Source of the DNA: Betaproteobacteria bacterium | Lineage (GTDB): Bacteria; Pseudomonadota; Gammaproteobacteria; Burkholderiales; CAIKXV01 | Length of the DNA: 64,000 nucleotides | Assembly (NCBI GenBank): GCA_947458265.1 | Contig: CANGYF010000008.1 | Coordinates: 36,993 to 100,992, forward strand | Reading direction: 5' to 3' | In this document: positions 40,397 through 51,342 of the stretch, piece after piece | Layout of the letters: every line of letters starts with the position of its first letter | Position numbering within the stretch: position 1 is the stretch's first letter | Notes under the pieces: generated by a model | Databases searched by the model: none | Told to the model about the DNA's origin: nothing | The model's input: only the letters and a program-made list of their open reading frames with translations | Position numbers and translations under genes: made by a program

Positions 40397-42104
40397 ACTG
40401 GTCACGCGCGAGGTACCGGACGCCGCCCGCGCCGCACTGGAACGCGCCGGCGTCGCGCCGGTGCTGGCCCGGGTGTTCGCCGCGCGCGGACTGGCCGGTG
40501 CGGAGGAACTGTCCAACGACTTTGCACGGCTGCTGGCGCCGGACCAGCTGACCTGCTGCGACGCCGCCGCGGCGGCACTGGCCGATGCGATCGAGCGCAA
40601 CGAGCGCCTGCTCATCGTCGCAGACTACGACTGCGATGGCGCGACTGCCTGTGCAGTGGGTATCCGTGCGCTGCGTGCCTTCGGTGCCAGGGTCGAATTC
40701 CTCGTGCCGAACCGGTTCGAGTACGGCTATGGCCTGACGCCGGAGATCGTCGACCTCGCGCACCAGCGCAGGCCGGACTGGCTGATCACGGTCGACAACG
40801 GCATCGCCAGCGTCGCCGGCGTCGAGCGCGCACGCGCGCTCGGCATGCGGGTGCTGGTGACCGACCACCACCTGCCAGGCGACCAGTTGCCTGCAGCGGA
40901 GGTGATCGTCAATCCGAACCAGCCCGGCTGCGGCTTTCCTAGCAAGCACCTCGCCGGGGTGGGCGTGATGTTCTATGTGATGCTCGCGCTGCGTGCCGAG
41001 CTGCGCAGGCGCGGCCGCCTTCCCGGCAACGGTGGCCCGAACCTGGCGCAGTGGCTGGACCTGGTCGCGCTGGGCACGGTGGCCGACGTCGTCCGGCTCG
41101 ATGCCAACAACCGCATCCTGGTCGCGCAGGGGCTCAAGCGCATCCGCGCCATGCGTACGGTGCCAGGCATTGCGGCCCTGCTGCGGGTCGCCGGCCGCGC
41201 GATCGAGCGCTGCACCACCTACGACCTCGGGTTCGTCGCCGGGCCCCGGCTCAATGCCGCCGGCCGCCTGCAGGACATGTCGCTGGGCATCGAATGCCTG
41301 GTGACCGACGATGTCGCGCGGGCTGGTGCCATCGCGGGGCAGCTCGACCAGCTCAACCGCCAGCGGCGGGAGATCGAAGCGACGATGCGCGAACAGGCGC
41401 TGGCTGCGATCGACCTCGACGCAGCCGGCGATGGCTGGTCGGTTTCCCTGTTCGACCCGGCCTGGCACCAGGGCGTGATCGGCATCGTCGCCGCGCGCCT
41501 TAAGGACCGCCTGCACAGGCCGGCCTTCTGCTTCGCTCGCGGCGACGGCGGCATCCTGAAGGGCTCCGGCCGCTCGATCGCCGGGCTGCACCTGCGCGAT
41601 GCGCTCGACCTGGTCGACAAGCGGGCCCCCGGGATGCTGGTGGCGTTCGGCGGCCATGCAGCGGCGGCCGGCCTGAGCCTGCGCGAGACGGACCTGCCGC
41701 GCTTCACCGGGATGCTGGAAGACGTCGTGCGCTCGCTGCTCACGCCAGCCGACCTGTCGCGGGTGATCGAGACCGACGGCAGTCTGGAGGGCGAGGCGCT
41801 GGACCTGGACCTCGCGCGCTCGATGGACGAGGGCGTCTGGGGCCCGGGCTTTCCGCGCCCGGAGTTCATCGACCGTTTCGACGTCACCGCGCAGAAGGTC
41901 GTCGGACAGGCGCATTCGAAGCTCGAACTGCGCGGCACTGGCGGGCGCGTCGCCGCCATCCGGTTCAATTCGGTCGATCCGCTGCCGCCCCGGATCGAGG
42001 CCGTCTACCGGGTCGACATGAACAGCTGGCAGGGCCTGCAGAGCGTGCAGCTCACGATCGAGCACTGGCGCGCGGTCGGCGGTACGGCGGCCGACTGGAA
42101 CTGA
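40389..42104 (+). CDS. recJ: single-stranded-DNA-specific exonuclease RecJ
   Basis: ATG at codon 74 of track ORF 40170-42104 gives a 571-aa product. It has DHH-family motifs LIVADYDCDGATA, TVDNGI and LVTDHHLPG, and a DHHA1 GGHAAAAG block. Confidence 0.92.
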   Translation: MPELVTREVPDAARAALERAGVAPVLARVFAARGLAGAEELSNDFARLLAPDQLTCCDAAAAALADAIERNERLLIVADYDCDGATACAVGIRALRAFGARVEFLVPNRFEYGYGLTPEIVDLAHQRRPDWLITVDNGIASVAGVERARALGMRVLVTDHHLPGDQLPAAEVIVNPNQPGCGFPSKHLAGVGVMFYVMLALRAELRRRGRLPGNGGPNLAQWLDLVALGTVADVVRLDANNRILVAQGLKRIRAMRTVPGIAALLRVAGRAIERCTTYDLGFVAGPRLNAAGRLQDMSLGIECLVTDDVARAGAIAGQLDQLNRQRREIEATMREQALAAIDLDAAGDGWSVSLFDPAWHQGVIGIVAARLKDRLHRPAFCFARGDGGILKGSGRSIAGLHLRDALDLVDKRAPGMLVAFGGHAAAAGLSLRETDLPRFTGMLEDVVRSLLTPADLSRVIETDGSLEGEALDLDLARSMDEGVWGPGFPRPEFIDRFDVTAQKVVGQAHSKLELRGTGGRVAAIRFNSVDPLPPRIEAVYRVDMNSWQGLQSVQLTIEHWRAVGGTAADWN

Positions 42105-42152
42105 GGCCGGGCGGAATACGCCGCAGCTGCGGACTGCACTGCCGCAGGCCGC

Positions 42153-42158
42153 TATAAT
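42153..42158 (+). promoter_or_regulatory. perfect TATAAT -10 hexamer upstream of prfB-lysS
   Basis: GCTATAATCG lies 26 nt upstream of the prfB ATG, just after a CTGCGG...CCGCAG inverted repeat (42127-42146). The -35 is weak. Confidence 0.35.
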
Positions 42159-42183
42159 CGACGGTTTACCGTGGGAAATCCCG

Positions 42184-43288
42184 ATGGAAGCCGAACGCCT
42201 GAATTCGCTCTCCGACAGCCTGGCCGGTTTCGGCCAACGCACGGCCGAGCTGCGGAGGTATCTTTGACTTCGATACCAAGCTCACACGCCTGAAGGAAGT
42301 CAGCCGCGACCTGGAAGACCCGGCCGTCTGGGCCGACACCAAGCGCGCACAGGAACTCGGACGCGAGCGCAAGCTGCTCGAGGACATCGTCACCCGGATG
42401 GAAAGCGCCGAGCAGATGCTTGCGGATACGCAGGAACTGTTCGAGATGGCGCGCAGCGAGGACGACGCCAGCACGCTCGAACAGCTGGCCGGGGACATCG
42501 AACTGCTCGAGAAAGCCATCGCACGGATGGAATTCGAGCGGATGTTCAACGACCCGCTCGATCCGGCCAACTGCTTCATCGACATCCAGGCCGGCACCGG
42601 CGGCACCGAGGCCCAGGACTGGGCGCAGATGCTCGAGCGCATGTACCTTCGCTTCTGCGAACGGCGTGAGTTCAAGGTCGAGCTGCTGGAGGAGTCGAGC
42701 GGCGATGTCGCCGGCATCAAGAGCGCCTCGATCAAGGTCACCGGGCCGTACGCCTACGGCACGCTGCGCACCGAGGCCGGCGTGCACCGGCTGGTGCGCA
42801 AGTCGCCGTTCGATTCCAACGCGCGCCGCCACACCTCGTTCGCCAGCGTCTTCATCTACCCCGAGGTCGACGACTCGATCGAAGTGACGATCAACCCGGC
42901 CGACCTGCGCATCGACACCTTCCGCGCATCGGGCGCCGGCGGGCAGCACATCAACAAGACCGACTCGGCGATCCGCATCACCCACCTGCCCACCAACATC
43001 GTCGTGCAGTGCCAGAACGACCGCTCGCAGCACCGCAACCGTGCCGAAGCGATGGCGATGCTCAAGTCACGGCTGTACGAGCTCGAACTGCGCAAGCGCA
43101 ACGAAGAGAAGCAGGCGATGGAAGAGTCCAAGACCGACATCGCCTGGGGACACCAGATCCGCTCCTACGTGCTCGACCAGTCGCGCATCAAGGACCTGCG
43201 CACCAACCACGAGGTCGGCGACACCCAGCGCGTGCTGGACGGCGACCTCGACGACTTCATCAACGCCAGCCTCAAGCAGGGTGTGTAA
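42184..43288 (+). CDS. prfB: peptide chain release factor 2, expressed through a programmed +1 ribosomal frameshift: join(42184..42264,42266..43288)
   Basis: Frame 1 encodes [27 protein letters not shown] and ends at an in-frame TGA (42265-42267). The +1 frame continues [12 protein letters not shown]... into track ORF 42398-43288. That ORF carries SPF, GQH ([18 protein letters not shown]) and the RF2 C-terminus. The total length is 367 aa. Confidence 0.92.
42254..42268 (+). other. RF2 autoregulatory +1 frameshift site (internal SD-like GGAGG, then TAT CTT TGA C)
   Basis: GGAGGTATCTTTGAC matches the canonical CUU UGA C slippery/stop context, with a Shine-Dalgarno-like element 3 nt upstream of CTT. 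Confidence 0.9.
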
Positions 43289-44812
<1,524 letters not shown>

Positions 44813-44818
44813 CGCCAA

Positions 44819-44847
44819 CGTCCGCGCGGCCTGCTTCCGTGCGGACG
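44819..44847. terminator. stem-loop 7 nt after the lysS stop (terminator candidate, no U-tract)
   Basis: CGTCCGCGCGG pairs with CCGTGCGGACG, giving about 11 bp including one G-U pair around a 7-nt loop. Confidence 0.4.
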
Positions 44848-44866
44848 CCGCCAGCGCCTTCCGTGC

Positions 44867-44884
44867 GTCGCGAAGCTACGCGAC
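44867..44884. terminator. second stem-loop in the lysS/lipoprotein convergent spacer
   Basis: GTCGCG-AAGCTA-CGCGAC. It overlaps the stop codon of the minus-strand lipoprotein gene. Confidence 0.3.
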
Positions 44885-45415
44885 CACGCTGGTGTCGAAG
44901 CTGAGATCCCAGCGATACGGCTGCTCGGTCCCTTCGATGTCGGTCGCGCCCGCGCGTCGCACCCGCCCGAGCAGGCGCCCGCCTGCCTTTGCCTCCCCGG
45001 CCAGTTCGATGCTGCCGTCCTTCACCCAGTCGCGGCTCTGGCGGTTGAAGGTGACTGGCGTGCCGCCCATGTTCGCGAACATCACGGAATAGCGCACGAG
45101 GTTGTCGAAGCCCGCCTTGCCGGGCTCCTTGAGGCGAAGCTCCAGCACGAGGTACGGCGTGGTGCGAGTGGCCAGCGCCTGCGCGACCGAACGCAGCCGC
45201 CGGACGTCGTCGATCGCTGCGGCGGGGAGCGGCTCGGGAAAGAACCCGACCGAGGCCAGCGTGCCGTCCGCGGACGTGAACGCGAGGCCCGCTCCGAATG
45301 CGAAGTCGTTGCCCAGCCAGTGCGCGGTGGCCTCGACGCGGTCGCTACGGCTGCAGCCGGGCAGCGCCAGCACCGCGCCGGCGACCAGCAGCAGCCCGCG
45401 CCGGTTGGCGTTCAC
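44876..45415 (-). CDS. hypothetical lipoprotein
   Basis: 179-aa ORF with a GTG start overlapping the upstream stop (GTGA). It has a lipoprotein signal peptide with lipobox LALPGC. I recognise no family. Confidence 0.55.
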   Translation of the reverse strand: MNANRRGLLLVAGAVLALPGCSRSDRVEATAHWLGNDFAFGAGLAFTSADGTLASVGFFPEPLPAAAIDDVRRLRSVAQALATRTTPYLVLELRLKEPGKAGFDNLVRYSVMFANMGGTPVTFNRQSRDWVKDGSIELAGEAKAGGRLLGRVRRAGATDIEGTEQPYRWDLSFDTSVVA

Positions 45416-46146
45416 CTGGCACCTCCGGCGAGGCGCTCGAGCAGGGCCGGCAGGTGCGACACGTCCTCGATGAGATGCGCGCCGGGCTCGCGCGCGAGCT
45501 TCTCCCGGCCGTGTGCACCGCTCCAGACCGCGACGTTCACGCCACAGCCGGCGTTGCGCCCCGACTGGATGTCGAGCACCGTGTCGCCGACGTTGAGCAC
45601 GCGCGCGACGTCAGTGGTCGAGGTGAGCTCCATCGCGCGGAAGATCATGTACGGCGCCGGCCGGCCTTGCGGGACATCGTCGGCGCACACCAGCGCATCG
45701 GCGACGCCGTGGTCCCAGCCGACTGCGGCCAGCACCAGCGCCTGGGTATCGCGGTCGAAGCCGGTGTTGAGCGCGATCGCGACTCCGCGGCTTCGCAGCC
45801 AGTCGAATGCTTGCACGGCGCCCTGCACCGCGAGCGCCCCTCCCGAACGGAAGCGGCGGTCGAGTTCTCCGCGGAAGGCCTTGTAGACCGCATCCGAATG
45901 GCGTTCAAGGTCGGTCTCGCCGAGGCGCGCCTTCACCAGGTGGCGGATCGCCTCGCGCTTGCCCGCCCCCCGGATCGCGACGAGTTCGTCAGCCGTCGCG
46001 GACAGGCCATGGGACGCCAGCGCGGCGTCGAAGGCGAGCGGTACGACGCCGGTATCCTGGATGGTGGTGCCTGCCATGTCGAACACGGCAAGGCTGATCG
46101 GCAGCGCCCTGGCTGCCCGGGATTGGTCGATGGTCATCGGGGACAT
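45412..46146 (-). CDS. HAD-superfamily phosphonatase-like hydrolase
   Basis: ATG at codon 35 of track ORF 45412-46248 gives a 244-aa product. HAD motif I is AVFDMAGTT, motif II LNTG and motif III-IV GDTVLDIQSGRNAG. Confidence 0.8.
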   Translation of the reverse strand: MSPMTIDQSRAARALPISLAVFDMAGTTIQDTGVVPLAFDAALASHGLSATADELVAIRGAGKREAIRHLVKARLGETDLERHSDAVYKAFRGELDRRFRSGGALAVQGAVQAFDWLRSRGVAIALNTGFDRDTQALVLAAVGWDHGVADALVCADDVPQGRPAPYMIFRAMELTSTTDVARVLNVGDTVLDIQSGRNAGCGVNVAVWSGAHGREKLAREPGAHLIEDVSHLPALLERLAGGAR

Positions 46147-46168
46147 TCTGCACGGGTCGAACCCGATG

Positions 46169-47164
46169 TTATCCCGGCGGCATCCGGTGCATCCGGTTGG
46201 CGGCTGCATCCCAGCGCCAGCCGGCTGGCCCCTCCAGCAGCACGCCACCCATCGAGCGCGCCGGCGCCTGCGCCATCCAGTCGCGCTGGCCCGCGAGGCA
46301 CTCGCGCCCGGCGCGGGTGATCAGCAGCGAGTCGTTCCAGAACACGCGCTCGCCGGCCACGAGTGCAGCCATCGTCACCGGGCGCTGGTCCGGATGGGAC
46401 AGCAGGGGTGCCTCGCCCGAAGACAGACGGCACAGGACCGATGCGAACGGGACATCCGCCTGGAAGACGATCTCTTCGGCATGGTGGCATGCAGCGACGA
46501 GCACCTCCCGAGCGCGGAACACCCCGCGCCCGAGCGCCTCCAGCACGTTGCGCTCGCTGCGCGACAGCCCGTCGGCCAGCGCCGGGAACTCCTCGCGCCA
46601 TCGGCGTATCGCCGCGTCGAGCAGCGGCGAGTCGCAGTCGTCCGCGTCGAGCAGGCGATCGAGCCGGCCGGCATCGCCGTCGGTGAACGCGAGCCACCCT
46701 TCGAGAGCACGCGCCAGGGCGGAGGGTCCCACCTCGCAGCGGCGCTCAAACGCAGCCGACAGTCCAGGCCGGTCGAGCAAGCCTGCCTGCCCGGCCAGCG
46801 CCGCCTCGCTGATCGTCGCCCTCAGGCCCGGACAGCGGGCTGCACGCGCCAGCACCTGCAGCCGCTGCAACTGGTCGTGCAGCCCCGGGGCGAACCACAG
46901 CACGAGTTCCACCGGCGACGAGAATGCCTGCTGCAGGCGACGGTCGCGTTCGTCGAAGGCCGCCGCTGCAGCCGCTTCGCTGCCCCAGCCGGCAGCAGCG
47001 ATGAACGCCGCGCGCGATCGGGCCTGCATATCGTCGGACAGATCCTGCACCGGCCCGTCGTGCAGCACGTCGCGCCAGACGATCGCAAACTCCCCGAGCC
47101 CGGCCTGCGCGACGGCGCGCGCCGCATGGTCGCCGTTGACCAGGTGCAGGACCGGTCGGGTCAC
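46169..47164 (-). CDS. DUF1835 domain-containing protein
   Basis: GTG at codon 45 of track ORF 46169-47296 overlaps the upstream stop (GTGA). The N-terminus, LHLVNGDHAARAVAQAGLGEFAIVWRDVLHDGPV, matches my recollection of DUF1835. Confidence 0.6.
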   Translation of the reverse strand: MTRPVLHLVNGDHAARAVAQAGLGEFAIVWRDVLHDGPVQDLSDDMQARSRAAFIAAAGWGSEAAAAAAFDERDRRLQQAFSSPVELVLWFAPGLHDQLQRLQVLARAARCPGLRATISEAALAGQAGLLDRPGLSAAFERRCEVGPSALARALEGWLAFTDGDAGRLDRLLDADDCDSPLLDAAIRRWREEFPALADGLSRSERNVLEALGRGVFRAREVLVAACHHAEEIVFQADVPFASVLCRLSSGEAPLLSHPDQRPVTMAALVAGERVFWNDSLLITRAGRECLAGQRDWMAQAPARSMGGVLLEGPAGWRWDAAANRMHRMPPG

Positions 47165-47559
47165 GCGTCGATCGCGTGCGCCATCAATTGCTCGAGCGTC
47201 ACCACCGACAGCGCAGCCCGATGGGTCGCCGCGAGCACCACCCGCGGCGCCACGCCGGCATCGAACGCTTCTTTCCATCGCGTCACGCACAGGCACCAGC
47301 GGTCGCCCGGCCTGAGCCCGTCGAAGCCGTAGGCGGGCATCGGCGTGCTCAGGTCGTTACCGCGCGACTTCGAGAACGCGAGGAAGTCGGCGGTCACCTC
47401 GGCGCATACGGTGTGGCTGCCGAAGTCGTCCGCGGCCGTCTCACAGCAGCCGGTCCGGAAGTAGCCGGTGAGCGGCTGCAGCGAACAGGTCGCCAGCGGT
47501 GCGCCAAGGACGTTGAGCTGGAACGACCCGCCACCGCCATGTGATCCGTCCATCGGCAC
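47161..47559 (-). CDS. DUF2237 family protein
   Basis: 132-aa ORF containing GYFRTGCCETAADDFGSHTVCAEVTADFLAFSKSRGNDLSTP...GDRWCLCVTRW, which is characteristic of DUF2237. Confidence 0.8.
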   Translation of the reverse strand: MPMDGSHGGGGSFQLNVLGAPLATCSLQPLTGYFRTGCCETAADDFGSHTVCAEVTADFLAFSKSRGNDLSTPMPAYGFDGLRPGDRWCLCVTRWKEAFDAGVAPRVVLAATHRAALSVVTLEQLMAHAIDA

Positions 47560-47565
47560 TTCCCT

Positions 47566-48375
47566 TCAGCCGGCGTTGCGCACCACGACCGGCATCTCCG
47601 GCACCGGGAAACCAGCCTCACCGAAGGACTCGCGGATCGAGCGGTTGGTGTCGAAATACACCTGCCAGTAGTGATCGTTGTTGCAGTACGGACGCACCGC
47701 CAGCACCGGTCCGCTCGGCGTGAAGTCGAGGATCTCGACGTCCGGCGCCGGGACTGCCAGCACGTTCGGGATCTTCGCGATGCGATCGCGCAGCAGGCCG
47801 ATCGCGGCCACATGGTCGGCGCCCTGCGCAAGTTGCGCCTTGAGGTCGACCCGACGGTAGGCATTGGCCGAGAAGTTCTGGATGCTGTCGCCGAAGATGC
47901 GGTTGTTGCCGACGATGGTCAGCACGTTGTCCGGCGTGTTGATCGCAGTGCCGAACAGTCCGATCTCCTTCACGGTGCCGGTGACACCGCCGGCGGTGAC
48001 GAAGTCGCCGACCTTGAACGGCCGCAGCACGACCAGGAAGGCACCGGCGGCGAAGTTGGCGAGCAGCCCGCCCCAGGCGGCACCGATGGCGACGCCCACG
48101 CCGGCCACCAGGGCCGCGAAGGTCGTGGTTTCCACGCCGAAGTAGCCAAGGATGGCGACGACCAGCGCGATCTTCAGCACCACCGCGACGAACGAACCGA
48201 TGTAGCGCAGGATGGTCGGCTCGACCTTCTGCCGCTCGAGCGCTGCATTCAGCACGCGCACGGAGAGGTTGATCAGCCAGGTACCCGCGACCCAGAGCGC
48301 GATCGCGGCAGCGACCTGCAACGCACCGTTGATGAGAATCGGCTGCGCCGTGGTCCAGAATTCCGTAATGTTCAT
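47566..48375 (-). CDS. mechanosensitive ion channel family protein (MscS-like)
   Basis: 269-aa ORF with three N-terminal TM helices and the MscS beta-domain signature RPFKVGDFVTAGGVTGTVKEIGLFGT. Confidence 0.85.
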   Translation of the reverse strand: MNITEFWTTAQPILINGALQVAAAIALWVAGTWLINLSVRVLNAALERQKVEPTILRYIGSFVAVVLKIALVVAILGYFGVETTTFAALVAGVGVAIGAAWGGLLANFAAGAFLVVLRPFKVGDFVTAGGVTGTVKEIGLFGTAINTPDNVLTIVGNNRIFGDSIQNFSANAYRRVDLKAQLAQGADHVAAIGLLRDRIAKIPNVLAVPAPDVEILDFTPSGPVLAVRPYCNNDHYWQVYFDTNRSIRESFGEAGFPVPEMPVVVRNAG

Positions 48376-48556
48376 GCTTCGATGCCCCCTCCCGAGTTGA
48401 CGTGGCGCGAATGGTGAAGGATCGGGACGGACAACTCAAGCGCCGCGCCTGCGCCCTGCCATGCGCGGCGCGGTCGTCCCGGAACCGCGGTAGCATCGCC
48501 GCCCCGGCCCGGGCGATCCTGGCCGGCCTCCGGAACCCGTGCCTGGAAACCTACTC

Positions 48557-49960
48557 ATGAGCGACAACCGCCCTGCCCCTGCCCTGCCCGACGTCTCGGT
48601 CGCCGAACGCCTCGTGGACCTCGCGCTGGCGATCGACCCGAAGACGCTGCCTGCGGCCGTGCGCGCGCAGGCCGAGTCGCTGCTGCTCGACGTTGCAGGC
48701 CTGTGCGTGGCCGCGCACGACACCGACTACATCCGGGCGCTGGTGGCATCGGTCGACACTGGCGGTCCGGCGACGGCGATCGGCCACGCGGGCGGCTTCA
48801 GCGCCGAGGATGCGGCGCTGATCAACGGCACGGCAGCGCATGGAGAGGACTTCGACGACACCTACGAAGGCGGTCCGGTGCACAGCGCGACCGTGATCGT
48901 TCCAGCCGTGCTGGCCGCCTGCGAGCGCTTCGGCCGCGACGGCCAGTCGGCGCTTGCCGGCGTCGTCGCCGGCACCGAGGCGCTGTGCCGGATGAGCCGC
49001 GTCGTGCCGAAGGCGATCCACCGCTCCGGCTTCCACCCGACGGCGATCCTGGGCACGATGGCCGCGACCCTGGCCGTATCGGTCGCGCTGGGCCTCAACC
49101 GCAGGCAGGCGGTGGATGCGCTGGGCACGGCAGGCAGCATGGCGAGCGGCATCATCGAGTACCTCGCCGAGGGATCGTGGACCAAGCGCCTGCATGCCGG
49201 CTGGGCCGCGCAATGCGGCGTGCGCGCCGCGCGCATCGGCCAGCAGGGATTCTTCTCGCCACGCACCGTGTTCGAAGGCACGCACGGCCTGTACAACGGC
49301 TTCGCCCACAGCGCCGAGGGCGACTACGGTGCCCTGCTCGACGGTTTCGGTACCGACTGGACCCTGCTGTCGATCACCTTCAAGCCCTACGCAACCGGCA
49401 CGATGAACCAGCCCTATATCGATTGCGCCCTGCGCCTGGCCCGGCGCGCCGAAGCGGAAGGATTCCGCGCGGAGGACGTGGTCGACGTGCTGTGCGAAAC
49501 GGCCGAAGGCTATGTGCACCGCCTGTGGGAACCGCTCGCCTCGAAGCACCGCCCGGCCACCGAGTACGGCGCAAAGTTCAGCGCGCCGTTCAACATCGCG
49601 GTGGGCTTCATCACCGGCGCAGCGGGTCTGGAGGCGTTCACGCCGGAGACGGTGCGCGACGAACGCATCCTCGCGCTGGCATCGAAGGTGCGCTATGTCG
49701 TCGACCCGGCCAACCCGTATCCCCGAGCCTACACCGGACATGTCCGGTTCACGCTGGCCGACGGCCGCGTGGTCGAGGAGCGCCAGCCGTTCATCCGGGG
49801 CGGCGTCCACTCGCCGCTGTCGCGCGAGGAACTGGAGACGAAGTTCCGCGGCAATACCGCGTACGGCCGATGGAGCGAACCCGCGTCCGAGCGGATGCTG
49901 GCAGCGACACGCTCGCTGTTCGACGGCCCGGTCGACCTGTCGGCGTTCAGGCCAGCCTGA
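48557..49960 (+). CDS. MmgE/PrpD family protein (2-methylcitrate dehydratase-like)
   Basis: 467 aa counted from the ATG at 48557; the track start at 48539 is also possible. PrpD-family blocks are present: NGTAAHGEDFDDT, GFHPTAILGTMAA and KPYATGTM. Confidence 0.85.
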   Translation: MSDNRPAPALPDVSVAERLVDLALAIDPKTLPAAVRAQAESLLLDVAGLCVAAHDTDYIRALVASVDTGGPATAIGHAGGFSAEDAALINGTAAHGEDFDDTYEGGPVHSATVIVPAVLAACERFGRDGQSALAGVVAGTEALCRMSRVVPKAIHRSGFHPTAILGTMAATLAVSVALGLNRRQAVDALGTAGSMASGIIEYLAEGSWTKRLHAGWAAQCGVRAARIGQQGFFSPRTVFEGTHGLYNGFAHSAEGDYGALLDGFGTDWTLLSITFKPYATGTMNQPYIDCALRLARRAEAEGFRAEDVVDVLCETAEGYVHRLWEPLASKHRPATEYGAKFSAPFNIAVGFITGAAGLEAFTPETVRDERILALASKVRYVVDPANPYPRAYTGHVRFTLADGRVVEERQPFIRGGVHSPLSREELETKFRGNTAYGRWSEPASERMLAATRSLFDGPVDLSAFRPA

Positions 49961-49989
49961 GCAGTCGACGCGCGCCCTGCGTCAATAGG

Positions 49990-51141
49990 TCAATAGTAGA
50001 CCGTGCCGTCGAACAGGCGGCGCGCGGTGCGGTAGAACGAACCGCGCACTGCCGTCCATTGCCCGGCCTGGCTTTCCACCTCGGCACCGACCGTAAGCAC
50101 ACCGGAGGGCATGGACAGACGCATCGCGGCGCCGGGTGCAGCCGCGCCACCGGCAGCACGCCGCGCCGCACGCCAGGCGACGGTGCCTTCGATCGAAGCC
50201 GCGACCGCGATGCACAGTGACGCGGTCAACGGCAATGCGCGGTGCGGTTGGCCGTTGGAGATCATCCGAGCCGTGAGGTCGACCGCATCGGCCGCCAGCA
50301 AGTCGCCCGACAGCGTGCGCGCGTCCTGCGGCGGCGACAGGAAGCCGACGAACGGAACCACGGTCCGGCTGCGTGCCTCCTCGATCGTGCGCGCGAGACC
50401 CATCGCCACCGAGGCTTGCAGCCGGATGGCCGACAGCCGCTCCATCGTCACCGGGTCGGCCTCCAGGTCGCCGGGCATTTCCAGGCCAGTCAGCCCGAGC
50501 GACGAGGCTGCGACCAGCACGCAGGCGTTGGCTGCGTCGACCATCGACACCTCGACCTTGCCCAGCCCGGGCACCTCGAACTCGTCCACCACTCTGCCGC
50601 TGGGCAGCAGCCGGCCAGTGCTCGCACCGCCCGGTGACAGGAAGTCGAGACGGATCGGAGCCCCGGTACCGGCCACGCCCGGGATCGCGAGTTCGCCGCG
50701 CTCGACCGCCTGGCCACCATGGACCGCGAAGGTGGAGTGGATGATCTTGTCGGTGTTGGTGTTGTAGATGCGCACCGTAGCCTCGCCATCGGCGGCATCG
50801 ACCAGGCCCTCGTCGACCGCAAAAGGACCCACCGCCGACGACATGTTGCCGCAGTTGCCGCTGTAATCGACATGCGCATCCTTCACCATCACCTGCGCGA
50901 AGGTGTAGTCGATGTCGGCATCCGGGCGCGAGGATCGCGACAGCACGCACACCTTCGACACAGACGACAGTCCGCCGCCCATCCCATCGAGCTGCCGGCC
51001 GTTCGGATCCGGCGATCCCATCGCGCGCAGGAAAATCGGAACCCAGTCGGCCTGCGCTGCTGGAAGGTCGTGCCGGTGCAGCATCAGGGCCTTGCTGGTG
51101 CCGCCGCGCATGAAGACGGCGGGAAGTCTGTGGCGGTTCAT
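49990..51141 (-). CDS. PrpF-family isomerase (methylaconitate isomerase / 4-oxalomesaconate tautomerase-like)
   Basis: 383-aa ORF whose N-terminus LPAVFMRGGTSKAL is diagnostic for the PrpF/FldA family. It also contains GNCGN. Confidence 0.85.
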   Translation of the reverse strand: MNRHRLPAVFMRGGTSKALMLHRHDLPAAQADWVPIFLRAMGSPDPNGRQLDGMGGGLSSVSKVCVLSRSSRPDADIDYTFAQVMVKDAHVDYSGNCGNMSSAVGPFAVDEGLVDAADGEATVRIYNTNTDKIIHSTFAVHGGQAVERGELAIPGVAGTGAPIRLDFLSPGGASTGRLLPSGRVVDEFEVPGLGKVEVSMVDAANACVLVAASSLGLTGLEMPGDLEADPVTMERLSAIRLQASVAMGLARTIEEARSRTVVPFVGFLSPPQDARTLSGDLLAADAVDLTARMISNGQPHRALPLTASLCIAVAASIEGTVAWRAARRAAGGAAAPGAAMRLSMPSGVLTVGAEVESQAGQWTAVRGSFYRTARRLFDGTVYY

Positions 51142-51342
51142 CGTGGAGTCTCCTGGCTAACGTCCGGACGATACTCCACCTGACTCAGTACCGTATGGAC
51201 GCTGAACCGGCGGCGCGCACCGGACTCCGGCTACCCCGCGGCCGGTCCCCACAGCGCGAGCGCCTGGACCAGAGGTCCACCAGGAACAGCAGCGGTACTG
51301 GTCAGCGGATCCATCGGTGCGCCTCCGGACCGGCCCGGACGA

